DNA of 64,000 nucleotides from an uncultured Methanolobus sp. (GTDB lineage Archaea; Halobacteriota; Methanosarcinia; Methanosarcinales; Methanosarcinaceae): NCBI GenBank assembly GCA_963675495.1, contig OY776215.1, positions 2,464,001 to 2,528,000 of the forward strand, read 5' to 3'. Shown piece by piece: positions 8,867 to 17,971 of this stretch (position 1 is its first letter; each line of letters starts with the position of its first letter). The notes under the pieces were generated by a model. It saw only the letters and a program-made list of their open reading frames with translations, ran no database searches and was not told where the DNA came from. The position numbers and the translations under genes were made by a program.

Positions 8867-10120
8867 ATGTTTATACGGTTTAATTCACTATTTTATATAG
8901 TGTACCCTTATATTACTTCTATTGTTAAAGTTTTATCAACTATAGGCTTAATATTTGCTAATCTGATTACGTATTTGTTCCTTTCTAACTATCTTCTGAA
9001 TGTTTCATTATGGGGTTATCTACTGTTAATTGCGTTAACTGGGGTTATTTTAAGAATTGATATTTCACTTTGGCTATGGTATTCACTTAAAAAAACATTT
9101 TCAAAAACAGTTGATTGCTTAATTAGTATTCCAAAAAAAATCAAAATGGTGAAACTTTTTAATAGTCAAGATGTATTGAAAGCAAATACATACATACTTA
9201 TTTTGCAAAAAATAAAAAAGAAAATAACCTCGTTAAAACATGCTATTAAAGGTCTCTTGCACAAAATAATTGATATGAAATTCCTTTTTGTATCTATTAG
9301 ATTATTGTTTTTCAATACGTTCTATGATTTATTTTCAGTCTATGCTATATGGTTAAGTTTACTTGGTTTAGTTCATATAACTAAAATATATACAGTACAG
9401 ATAGATGATCCAAATGAATCATTTTTTGAACTAAGTGCCATTTTAGGCATCTTTTTAGGTATTTTTCAGTTTGTATTACAAAGAAACGATGAAAAAATAG
9501 ATACTAAAATAAATTCCTACTCAAATCTTGTAAGGTCAATAATTTATCAAGAGACTCAATTTACCAAATTTTACAAAATGGTTTCTGATGATGACAATTC
9601 CCTTAAGGATTGGATTAGTAAAAATACTGATCCAAAACTCCAATTGATTGATTTTTTTAAATCATTAACTGATAATAAAGACTTTTCTACACAATTTTTT
9701 AGACTTATGAATAAGAAAAACATGCCCTTTTCAATAAATATGGCTTATCCCGATTCTAACAAACAATATGAGATTTTAGATGTGGCTGCAGAGCACGAAA
9801 AAGACAAAAAAGAAGAGTTACACAAGTTGTATCATCTGTTTTTTGTAGATGAAGAAAGAATAAACCAGATTTACAATAAAATAGATGAAAAAATAGATAT
9901 TAATGAATTCAGATTTTTAGCATTGCGTAATATCAATATCATCTCCGAGATACTTCCTAAGTTTATAACCTACGATGCACAGAAAATGGCAAGCAAAATC
10001 GGACAGGAAGAAAAGGAAAATGTAGATGAAAAAATGATTGAATTTGAATCATCAGAAGGATATATAGCCTACTTAAATGAAAAGATAAGTGGAAGAGTTC
10101 TTGGTGATTTATTAAAGTAA
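8867..10120 (+). CDS. Hypothetical multi-pass membrane protein, very AT-rich
   Basis: 417-aa ORF with about four hydrophobic segments in the N-terminal half and a charged C-terminal domain. Confidence 0.65.
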   Translation: MFIRFNSLFYIVYPYITSIVKVLSTIGLIFANLITYLFLSNYLLNVSLWGYLLLIALTGVILRIDISLWLWYSLKKTFSKTVDCLISIPKKIKMVKLFNSQDVLKANTYILILQKIKKKITSLKHAIKGLLHKIIDMKFLFVSIRLLFFNTFYDLFSVYAIWLSLLGLVHITKIYTVQIDDPNESFFELSAILGIFLGIFQFVLQRNDEKIDTKINSYSNLVRSIIYQETQFTKFYKMVSDDDNSLKDWISKNTDPKLQLIDFFKSLTDNKDFSTQFFRLMNKKNMPFSINMAYPDSNKQYEILDVAAEHEKDKKEELHKLYHLFFVDEERINQIYNKIDEKIDINEFRFLALRNINIISEILPKFITYDAQKMASKIGQEEKENVDEKMIEFESSEGYIAYLNEKISGRVLGDLLK

Positions 10121-10147
10121 CATTTATCTTAATAACATTAAGTAATT

Positions 10148-10655
10148 TTATACTAAAGCATCAATAACCTCACAAGTATCATACAGTTCTAGAATAGGTG
10201 AAGGGTCAATCATAATCTGTGAAGGAGAAAGGGAAAAAGTTCCCCACTTATCTTTTTTTAGGGTATCGACTTTGATAAGAAGAGGATTATCATCCTCGTC
10301 TTTAACTGTTTCTACTATAGGATGGCCACCATTCTGTCACTGTAGCGGTCGTCTATGAGGTCCATGGACTGCATGTTAAGATATGCGTTCATGTCACGTT
10401 TTGCAAGTTTTGAGAGGATAACAGAGCCTTTCATGTTGGTTTTTGTGCCAAATGCCCGGGAATCGAAGGTATACCATGCTTCGTCCATGACAAAGGTACC
10501 GGACTGCATAGAATCCATCTGTTGAATAGATGTTATGCGAGTATGTGGGAATTCAAGATGATAGTTTGAATAGATCGGTATACCTTGAAGGTAATCACGG
10601 TATGCAATAGCAGTCACTAAGGCGGTTTTGCCTGCTGGAAGGAGTCTACTATCAT
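10148..10655 (-). pseudogene. Frameshifted Zot/inovirus pI-like P-loop ATPase
   Basis: Fragments MIV../LPAGKTALVTAIAY..IYSNY..FVMDEAWYTFDSR..KLAKR...Q..DLIDDR../..ILELYDTCEVI*; Walker A, Walker B DEA and terminal LYDT are split over several frames. Confidence 0.65.
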
Positions 10656-11006
10656 ACGTTCTTGGTCAGGAATATATCGAGGTTTAAACGGCTTCAGGTT
10701 CTTATTACGTTCCTTGAAAGGACGAATGACACCAGAATCTACAAACACATTACCAAATATCTTTTTGAAGCCAACATTAAAGCCTAAATATAAATTAACG
10801 AGAAGCTCTTTTTCATATTATTAATATCGATAACTTTTTAGTTTTCATTTATTTCTCTTGTCTGAATTTATTTGTTGCATAGTCGAATTTAAAATTTGAG
10901 ATTTCATTTTATACTGGGGCATTTTGTCGTCTATACACGACAAAAAACACATATTTTATCGTTTATACTCGATGGGTATATAAGCAAAAAGACACAATTA
11001 TTATTT

Positions 11007-12332
11007 ATGGACACCAGGGATAAGCTGAAAAGTACTATTATTGACTGGCAGGGGAGGGAGTTACCGCCACTTCAAAGACGTAAATATGAGCTAAATATTG
11101 ATACGCCTCATGTAAATGATATTGTGGGTGTCAGGAGATGTGGTAAAACCTATTACATGTATCAGTTGATGTCTGAATTGCTTGAACAGGGTGTACCAAA
11201 GAACAATATATTGTATTTGAATCTTGATGATGACAGGCTGCAGCCACTTAATGGAGATGAACTTCAACTCCTGATCGAGACATTCAGGGAAATGCAGGAG
11301 ATATCCGAAGACGATCGTTTGTATATTTTCCTGGATGAGATCCAGAACTTTCCTTCATGGGAGAGATGGGTCAAAGGCATCTATGACAGAAAACAAAACG
11401 TGAAGATCGTAATAAGTGGTTCAAATGCATCCCTGCTTTCACAGGATATATCCACACTGCTTACTGGCAGGCATCTAAGCACAAGAATGTTCCCTTTCAG
11501 TTTTCAGGAATATCTGGATTTTCATTCGATAACCTATGATGTGAAAGAACTCCCCTATTCCGAAGACAGAGCAATTATCAAGCGCAAGTTCACAGAATAT
11601 CTTAAAAATGGAGGATTTCCTGAGACTATCGTCTATCCATCTATCCAGCATCGGGAAATATTACAGTCGTATTTCGATGACATCATATATCGTGATATAA
11701 TCTCACGATACGGGATACGTAATCCTATTATCTTCAAGGACCTTGCATTGTTCTGCATATCAAACATCGCAAAACCACATACTTACAATTCTCTCAAACG
11801 GCTGTTTGCTAATTATTCATCTCTCAGTACAGATGCCATAATTAATTATCTTTCATATCTTGAAGATACCTTTTTGCTTTTCAGTATCCGGCATTATGAT
11901 GAATCATTGAAGCAGCAGATGAACAAACCCCGGAAGTTGTATTGCATAGACACAGGTATGATTAACGCAGTCTCCTTCAAACTCACCTCTGACACCGGAA
12001 GATTATACGAAAATCTGGTTTTCATCCAGCTTTTACGCTCTGGTGATGAAATATATTACTGGCAAAATCAGAAAGGACATGAAGTTGATTTTGTAATGAA
12101 GAAAGGACTTGATCCAACCCAATTGATACAGGTATGCTTTGATCTGTCTGACCCCAAAACCAAAGAACGTGAGATAAATGGTCTCCTGGCTGGGATGACG
12201 AATTTTAAGATGAACGAGGGTACTATCATCACTTCAGATGATTTTGGCGAGGAGATTGTTGATGGGAAGAAGGTGAGGTATGTGCCATTGTGGTATTGGT
12301 TGTTGGAAGGGGATGGTGTTTTGGGAGTATAA
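11007..12332 (+). CDS. AAA+ ATPase with DUF4143 domain (AAA_14-DUF4143)
   Basis: GVRRCGKT, FLDEIQ, SGSNASLLS, GGFPE, KLYCIDTG, LYENLV, EVDFV. Confidence 0.9.
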   Translation: MDTRDKLKSTIIDWQGRELPPLQRRKYELNIDTPHVNDIVGVRRCGKTYYMYQLMSELLEQGVPKNNILYLNLDDDRLQPLNGDELQLLIETFREMQEISEDDRLYIFLDEIQNFPSWERWVKGIYDRKQNVKIVISGSNASLLSQDISTLLTGRHLSTRMFPFSFQEYLDFHSITYDVKELPYSEDRAIIKRKFTEYLKNGGFPETIVYPSIQHREILQSYFDDIIYRDIISRYGIRNPIIFKDLALFCISNIAKPHTYNSLKRLFANYSSLSTDAIINYLSYLEDTFLLFSIRHYDESLKQQMNKPRKLYCIDTGMINAVSFKLTSDTGRLYENLVFIQLLRSGDEIYYWQNQKGHEVDFVMKKGLDPTQLIQVCFDLSDPKTKEREINGLLAGMTNFKMNEGTIITSDDFGEEIVDGKKVRYVPLWYWLLEGDGVLGV

Positions 12333-12373
12333 TGTGGCAGATTACATGATCACCACTCTAAAAAAAGAAACAC

Positions 12374-13093
12374 TCAATACGGAATCTCAAGTGCATGGAT
12401 TATTTTTTCAGTGTTCTCGGGGTTGTTGAATATGAGACGGATATTTCCATTTTTGAAATAGTAGAGTCTCATTCTTTCATCAATGTGGGATTGGCCGGGA
12501 TGGATCTTTATTCCTTTTGCTTCGGAGGGAGCTGTGGTGTTCAGGGTTATGTCAACAAGTTTCCCGAGGCTTTCAAGGAAATTGATGGACTGTTCAGGGC
12601 TCTTTAATGCTTTTAATTTAATAACAGTTTTATTCCGTGTTTCCAATACTTCTGAGGAAGGGACATGACTGATAGGTATAAGACGCCTGCAATCGCTTTT
12701 AATTCTTTTTAGAATATGATCGTCGTTCTGGAAATACTCGGTTTTGATATGGTCTGCTATCTTGAAGGCATCATAGGTTTCCAGGTTGTCGATAAATCTA
12801 AGGATACTGTCATAGTCCACAGAGATCATTGGATCATTTTTGCTCTCGATCTGGATTATTTGATTTAAGAAAATCTCCCTGATGTTGTTTATGGCCTGAT
12901 TGAGGTTCACGGAGTCAGTAAAAGGAAACATGAACAGAGACTGCCGACTGGTGGAAGGGATAATACTTCCAAGATGAGTATTGATCTCTCTGATATTGTC
13001 TTTTGTTTCTTTCTGAGCATTGAACAATAGTTCGATCGTTTCGTTCTGCAAGGAATAAGTCGTTGTTCTGAGATCGTTATTGTCTTTGGCCAT
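12374..13093 (-). CDS. Hypothetical protein
   Basis: ~240-aa ORF; C-terminal YYFKNGNIRLIF. Confidence 0.65.
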   Translation of the reverse strand: MAKDNNDLRTTTYSLQNETIELLFNAQKETKDNIREINTHLGSIIPSTSRQSLFMFPFTDSVNLNQAINNIREIFLNQIIQIESKNDPMISVDYDSILRFIDNLETYDAFKIADHIKTEYFQNDDHILKRIKSDCRRLIPISHVPSSEVLETRNKTVIKLKALKSPEQSINFLESLGKLVDITLNTTAPSEAKGIKIHPGQSHIDERMRLYYFKNGNIRLIFNNPENTEKIIHALEIPY

Positions 13094-13272
13094 CAGGCGT
13101 CCTTTTAGCATTAAAATTATATATATTTTTACTGAAGAACTGATAAGATGCATCCCATCTTTTAAAAGTTGGGGATTATTCTTTTTTACTAAGCGATTAC
13201 GAGAGTTGTTTTTAGATGTGAAAAATGCTTTATCCCATGTATTACATACTTATACATTGAGGAGTGGATTTT

Positions 13273-13737
13273 TTGCAAAGTGAAATGTACAAGAAAATAA
13301 TGATTGCGACCGATGGTTCTGAAAATGCAAGTAAGGCAGCACTTTCCGGAATCGAAATTGCAAAGCTGGCCGGAGCGAAACTTTATGCTTTGAATGTAAT
13401 GCCGATGATACCACATGCCTCTTATTTTGGGGTACCCATAGAACCGCCCAAAAAGGTATCTAAGGATGAGAAAAGTTTGCATGAACATTTTGAAAAAGAT
13501 GGAACAAAGGCACTTGATACCGTGAAGGAGATGGGTTCACAGGCAGGTGTAGAAGTCGAAACAGTAATGGCTGATGGCCATCCTGGGTCAGAGATCATAG
13601 ATTTTGCTGAAAATAACGATATAGATCTTATCGTTATGGGTACATTGGGAAGGACCGGTCTGGACAGAGTTATTCTTGGAAGCGTGGCAACAGATGTCGT
13701 CAGGCACGCAAATACACGGGTTATGATCGTTAAATAA
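13273..13737 (+). CDS. Universal stress protein (UspA family)
   Basis: YKKIMIATDGS, DLIVMGTLGRTGLDRVILGSVA..VVRHA. Confidence 0.93.
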   Translation: MQSEMYKKIMIATDGSENASKAALSGIEIAKLAGAKLYALNVMPMIPHASYFGVPIEPPKKVSKDEKSLHEHFEKDGTKALDTVKEMGSQAGVEVETVMADGHPGSEIIDFAENNDIDLIVMGTLGRTGLDRVILGSVATDVVRHANTRVMIVK

Positions 13738-13814
13738 TCTTTCCCTCTTACTTTTTTTGTAATGAGAATTATCAAGCAAGGTTCCTTTCGGGAAAAAATT
13801 AGTCATTTCTAAGC

Positions 13815-14002
13815 TTTTTCTTTTTCTAAGTATCAGCTATTACGATGAATCATTGAAGAAGCAGATGACAAACCATGGAATTTGTATTACATAAATATAG
13901 GTATGGTTAACACAATCTCCTTCAAGATTTTCTACGCCATTGGAAGATTATACGGAAATCTTGTTTTCATCTCGGTTTTAGCTCTGGTGATTGCATATAT
14001 TG
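13815..14002 (+). pseudogene. Degenerate partial copy of the AAA-DUF4143 gene
   Basis: GATGAATCATTGAAG, GGTATG.TTAAC, TCTCCTTCAA, GGAAGATTATACG, GCTCTGGTGAT blocks are colinear with ~11870-12060; indels break the frame. Confidence 0.75.
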
Positions 14003-14129
14003 TTTTTATCTCTAAATGGGTACGGTTTGATAGGTTTAGAATCTAGTGTGTTCTTTGTACATACAGGACAGCAATTTCAAATATTTTTAAGAAATAACTT
14101 TGGAATAAAATCCTAAAGACAAGCATCCT

Positions 14130-14348
14130 TTAAACGTATTCTACTCCCCGATAATCTCCACATTTATCACATTTGTAAATCTCCACATTTACAACTGCTG
14201 GATTGAGTTTTTCGTTCATTTTCGAAACCAAACCATTGACTTTTTGCTGGTCTGTTAACATTTTCATCTCATCTGGCTCGATAAATTGACTGTACTTATC
14301 GATTAATTTCATACTTTCACTACATTTTATACACTTTTGCTTTTCCAT
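14130..14348 (-). CDS. Small Zn-ribbon protein
   Basis: 72 aa, CIKC...CDKCG; AGGTGG RBS. Confidence 0.65.
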   Translation of the reverse strand: MEKQKCIKCSESMKLIDKYSQFIEPDEMKMLTDQQKVNGLVSKMNEKLNPAVVNVEIYKCDKCGDYRGVEYV

Positions 14349-14549
14349 TCTACCACCTTAATTTTGCTTCTCAGTAACAAATCACGATGATTGTTTATAT
14401 TCATCAGGTTAGCAGGGTGAAAGTATTATTTTTTAATAATTTATGGTTGGAATATCAAAAATGGAGTTATTTGACAAATTATCTTTTATACAGCATAAGG
14501 GCATATATGCATTAAAAAATAATGAATGGGTTAAAATCGGGTCGTGACA

Positions 14550-16349
14550 ATGCCATTAAAAGTTATGCAATCTGACATATTAGGATTAACGTCTGGGGAA
14601 AATAGGGTACTCAACAAGCTAAAGACAATTTACAGTACTAAGGAGTACGATGCTTACTTGTACCCTCAACCACTTATTCTCTCTTATAATCCTGATTTTA
14701 TTCTCATAGATCCTTTCAAAGGTGTCTGCATTCTTGAAGTCAAGGACTGGTCACTTTCATATCTTCAATCCATGAACAGGATATCATTTACAGATATAAA
14801 TGGTGAGGAATTACATAATCCTGTCTACCGTGCAAGACAATATTTCAATACTGTAAAGAGTATCCTGCAAACAGAAGAATTCCTTTTGAATGTAAAAAAA
14901 GAACTAAAGTTCAGATTATATTCTAAAGTAATTTTCACAAAAATGAATTCTGTAGAGGTTTCTTCCTTGAAAGATGTAATTTGTCAGCCAGTTACAGAAT
15001 GCATAAGTTCCGATCAATTAACTTCACTTTCTGTCAATACTTTATTTACAGAAGATACTATTTTTCTTGACAAAGGCACAATATCAACCATTAGGGGAAA
15101 AATATTCCCCGAATTACAGATTAAGCGAGTCCAAACTGAAATATGGCAATTCAACAGGGTAAATACTCAGGATAACAGAGTGATTGCTACATTGGACTAT
15201 GAACAGGAACAGTTTGCAAAGAGAATCCCTTATGGTCACTATATGATTACGGGCGTTCCTGGAAGTGGTAAAACCGTTATTTTAGTTGCAAGAGCAATTC
15301 ATCTTTTACGGGAAAATCCTGATTGGAGGATCAGAATACTGACTTATAACGGGCTTTTAGAAAAAAAACTGGAACAGCACTTCGAATCAAAACGCGAAGA
15401 CCTTCATTACATGGGTATAAAGTACGAGAACATAGAGGTATCAACTTTTCATCAAATGGCTCGTGAAATTGCTGCTGCCAATATCACAGGTCAAGAGGAT
15501 AGTTTGTTTTGGAATGTGACTCTTCCATACATTGCGATGGACAAAGCCCAATCAGTTTATGATGCAGTTTTAATAGACGAATATCAGGATTTTCATGATT
15601 CATGGATAAAGCTGTGTTTGAAGATATGTAAGAAACACGAAGATAAGAATGGAGTGATGAGTGAGAATATTTTTCTTGCAGGTGATAGGTTACAGAGTAT
15701 CTATAATCCTAAAACACATAGCTGGAAGAGCCTTGGGGTTAACATTGTAGGTAAATCAAAATTACTCAAAACTTCATATCGTTCAGGTGGTTCACATATT
15801 GATCTTGCAATGAACTATCTGATGCTACACGATGAATTACGAACGGAAGTGGATAAATTTTATGAAGGTAGAGATGGTATTTGCCAGAACTTTGACTCTG
15901 AAAGTTCAGTGAGTTTCTTTACTGGTAATTTCAAGAGAATAAATGATATCCTTCTAGACTTGCTTAATACTAACTATAACCCTGAAGATATCCTTGTTCT
16001 CGGTTCTTCACACATGGGTAACGAAAAGTTGTATCGAAATCTGGATGATTCAATAAAACGTGTGGCAAAAGTTTCTAAAAAATTTGCTGATAACAAATTG
16101 CTGATAACCACTTATCATTCATCAAAAGGTTTAGAAAATAAAGTTTGTATTCTTCTTAATGTTGATAGGTTGGATAATCAACGACTTGTCTACGTGGGTC
16201 TAACAAGAGCATCAGAGAAATTATATATTCATTCTTACAAACAGGAAGGTGGAGAGGTTTTTAATCAACTTCTATCTTGTAGCTGTTCAGATGATGAAGT
16301 AATTCCAGAAGATTCTTCAATTTTATCCACTCAATCTATCACACTTTGA
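14550..16349 (+). CDS. NERD nuclease fused to SF1 (UvrD-like) helicase
   Basis: PDFILID..GVCILEVKDW (NERD), GVPGSGKT, LIDEYQDF, GDRLQSIY, TYHSSKGLE, YVGLTRA. Confidence 0.88.
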   Translation: MPLKVMQSDILGLTSGENRVLNKLKTIYSTKEYDAYLYPQPLILSYNPDFILIDPFKGVCILEVKDWSLSYLQSMNRISFTDINGEELHNPVYRARQYFNTVKSILQTEEFLLNVKKELKFRLYSKVIFTKMNSVEVSSLKDVICQPVTECISSDQLTSLSVNTLFTEDTIFLDKGTISTIRGKIFPELQIKRVQTEIWQFNRVNTQDNRVIATLDYEQEQFAKRIPYGHYMITGVPGSGKTVILVARAIHLLRENPDWRIRILTYNGLLEKKLEQHFESKREDLHYMGIKYENIEVSTFHQMAREIAAANITGQEDSLFWNVTLPYIAMDKAQSVYDAVLIDEYQDFHDSWIKLCLKICKKHEDKNGVMSENIFLAGDRLQSIYNPKTHSWKSLGVNIVGKSKLLKTSYRSGGSHIDLAMNYLMLHDELRTEVDKFYEGRDGICQNFDSESSVSFFTGNFKRINDILLDLLNTNYNPEDILVLGSSHMGNEKLYRNLDDSIKRVAKVSKKFADNKLLITTYHSSKGLENKVCILLNVDRLDNQRLVYVGLTRASEKLYIHSYKQEGGEVFNQLLSCSCSDDEVIPEDSSILSTQSITL

Positions 16350-16563
16350 AAATCATCTACTTCACTTCTTTCCTCTGTTTCTCTTATCCATGATATAAAC
16401 AACAACACTTTTCCTTACGCCATTCTGTGTTCTTTTATTGATACCAAACAGATTTATCGCTTCAACAAGCTCACCAGGTTTTTCGGGTCAAAATCAGGGC
16501 TGCGTTTGATGAGGTTTCTGTCGACTTCTGTCAGGAAAGCCCATTCATCCTCATCTGCAGGAT

Positions 16564-16905
16564 CTACTTATGATCTTTCCTCAAATTTTTCATTCTTTCA
16601 AGCTCAGCCTCTAGTTCCTGTATCTTCCTCTCGTCGATTCTGTCCGATCTATCTGCAAGTTCCTGGCTTGCCATCTTTGTTGAACTATGCAGCTTATCGA
16701 CTACATTTTTCTCTAGGCACAGCTTCTTTCTCTTTGTTTCACTGATAACGTCACCGACAAAGATCTTGCCTTCTTCTTTGTTGATTCCATGTTTATGGGC
16801 CTTGTTTTTCATGAAATCCCTTACTTTTTCTTGTGACAATGCAGCGAGGCTGGCACCGAGAAGTGCTGCTCCTCCCAGAAGGCTTGCTTTCTTTATTTTA
16901 TCCAT
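16564..16905 (-). CDS. Phasin-like coiled-coil protein
   Basis: IKKASLLG..LG..ALSQEKV.....GINKEEGK.FV...; C-terminal IQELEAELE. Confidence 0.5.
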   Translation of the reverse strand: MDKIKKASLLGGAALLGASLAALSQEKVRDFMKNKAHKHGINKEEGKIFVGDVISETKRKKLCLEKNVVDKLHSSTKMASQELADRSDRIDERKIQELEAELERMKNLRKDHK

Positions 16906-17241
16906 ATTAAAACTCCCACATATCTGTATCACTCTATATACTCAAGAACGTTCAAATTATTCCGAACAAAGTTAGCAACTCGATGATCAAACATTGCGTT
17001 AAGGATGCTATAACCCCTGCACCCTTGCTTCACGATAGAATTATTGGAAGTTCAATCTATATTAATACAATGGATGAGGACAGTAATAAAAATATTATAA
17101 GTTCCTTTATGAAAATGGTTATTGAACATAACGGGACTTTTTCGTATCCTACATAGTTATTAACGATGAGCAGAAACAAAATCATTAATTTAGCTCTGCC
17201 AAATTATTTAACGAGTAGTATCATTGTTATTTTGAGTGGCT

Positions 17242-17775
17242 ATGAAGGTAAACGATCTTAAGGCAATTCTAAAATTCAGTGTAAAGGAAGAGGCTATTTT
17301 TGGCAGATTTGACCTTCCTAAAGATGCTTTCTATCCAATGATCCTTTCTCTGAAGCTTGGTGGTGCCTGGAGTTACTCCACAGATGACCTTAAAAGCATC
17401 TCAGTTATGAAGGTATTCACTACCTACGATGAAGAAACTAACACAGGCCATACTGTAGAGGAAATATATCTCCTTCTGGATCCGGAATATGTGTCAAAGG
17501 AAGGAACTGTTCACCGGCTGGAAAAATGTGGTGGCAGGGATGAAAGGGCTCTGGTGACGAGGCCATATTCAGTGACATTGAAAGCAAAACGGATAATTCT
17601 TGCATCTGTGAGTACAGAAAAGAAGAAGATATTTATCAAAGAGCTTGATAAAAACACAGTTTCATTCACTGGTCCGTCTGCTTTTTACGCTGCCCATGAG
17701 ATGGAACACTTAGAACATATTGAAATAGATGGACTTCCAATGTGGGCTTTTGAGTATGAAGAATTGAAAGGTTGA
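17242..17775 (+). CDS. Peptide-deformylase-like metalloprotein
   Basis: EKCGG resembles EGCLS; AHEMEHLEHI resembles HExDHLxG. Confidence 0.55.
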   Translation: MKVNDLKAILKFSVKEEAIFGRFDLPKDAFYPMILSLKLGGAWSYSTDDLKSISVMKVFTTYDEETNTGHTVEEIYLLLDPEYVSKEGTVHRLEKCGGRDERALVTRPYSVTLKAKRIILASVSTEKKKIFIKELDKNTVSFTGPSAFYAAHEMEHLEHIEIDGLPMWAFEYEELKG

Positions 17776-17971
17776 TGGTGCATCTGTAAATACGTACAAA
17801 TCTCTACAAACATCTTTATATGCGTTATACATGCTTAAAAATAAGCAAAAACAGTTATTAAATAAAGTGTTACTAACTACAGGTACTAATTATATCAAAC
17901 CGTGCTGGAACCTGTAAGGGTGCGGAAATTAACACGTTGAACATGTGCTATTGAATAAAAAAGGTGCTAAT

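Larger units (their letters stand above)
7444..16560. mobile_element. tRNA-Thr-anchored accessory island / decayed integrated element (right boundary approximate)
   Basis: Starts at the tRNA 3' end; AT-rich genes, integrase and Zot-like ATPase remnants, nuclease/helicase cargo, pseudogene fragments. Confidence 0.65.

Noticed and set aside
7444-17240. attR direct repeat of the tRNA-Thr 3' end
   Set aside because: No copy found by eye, so the right boundary of the island cannot be fixed and the element is not called intact.
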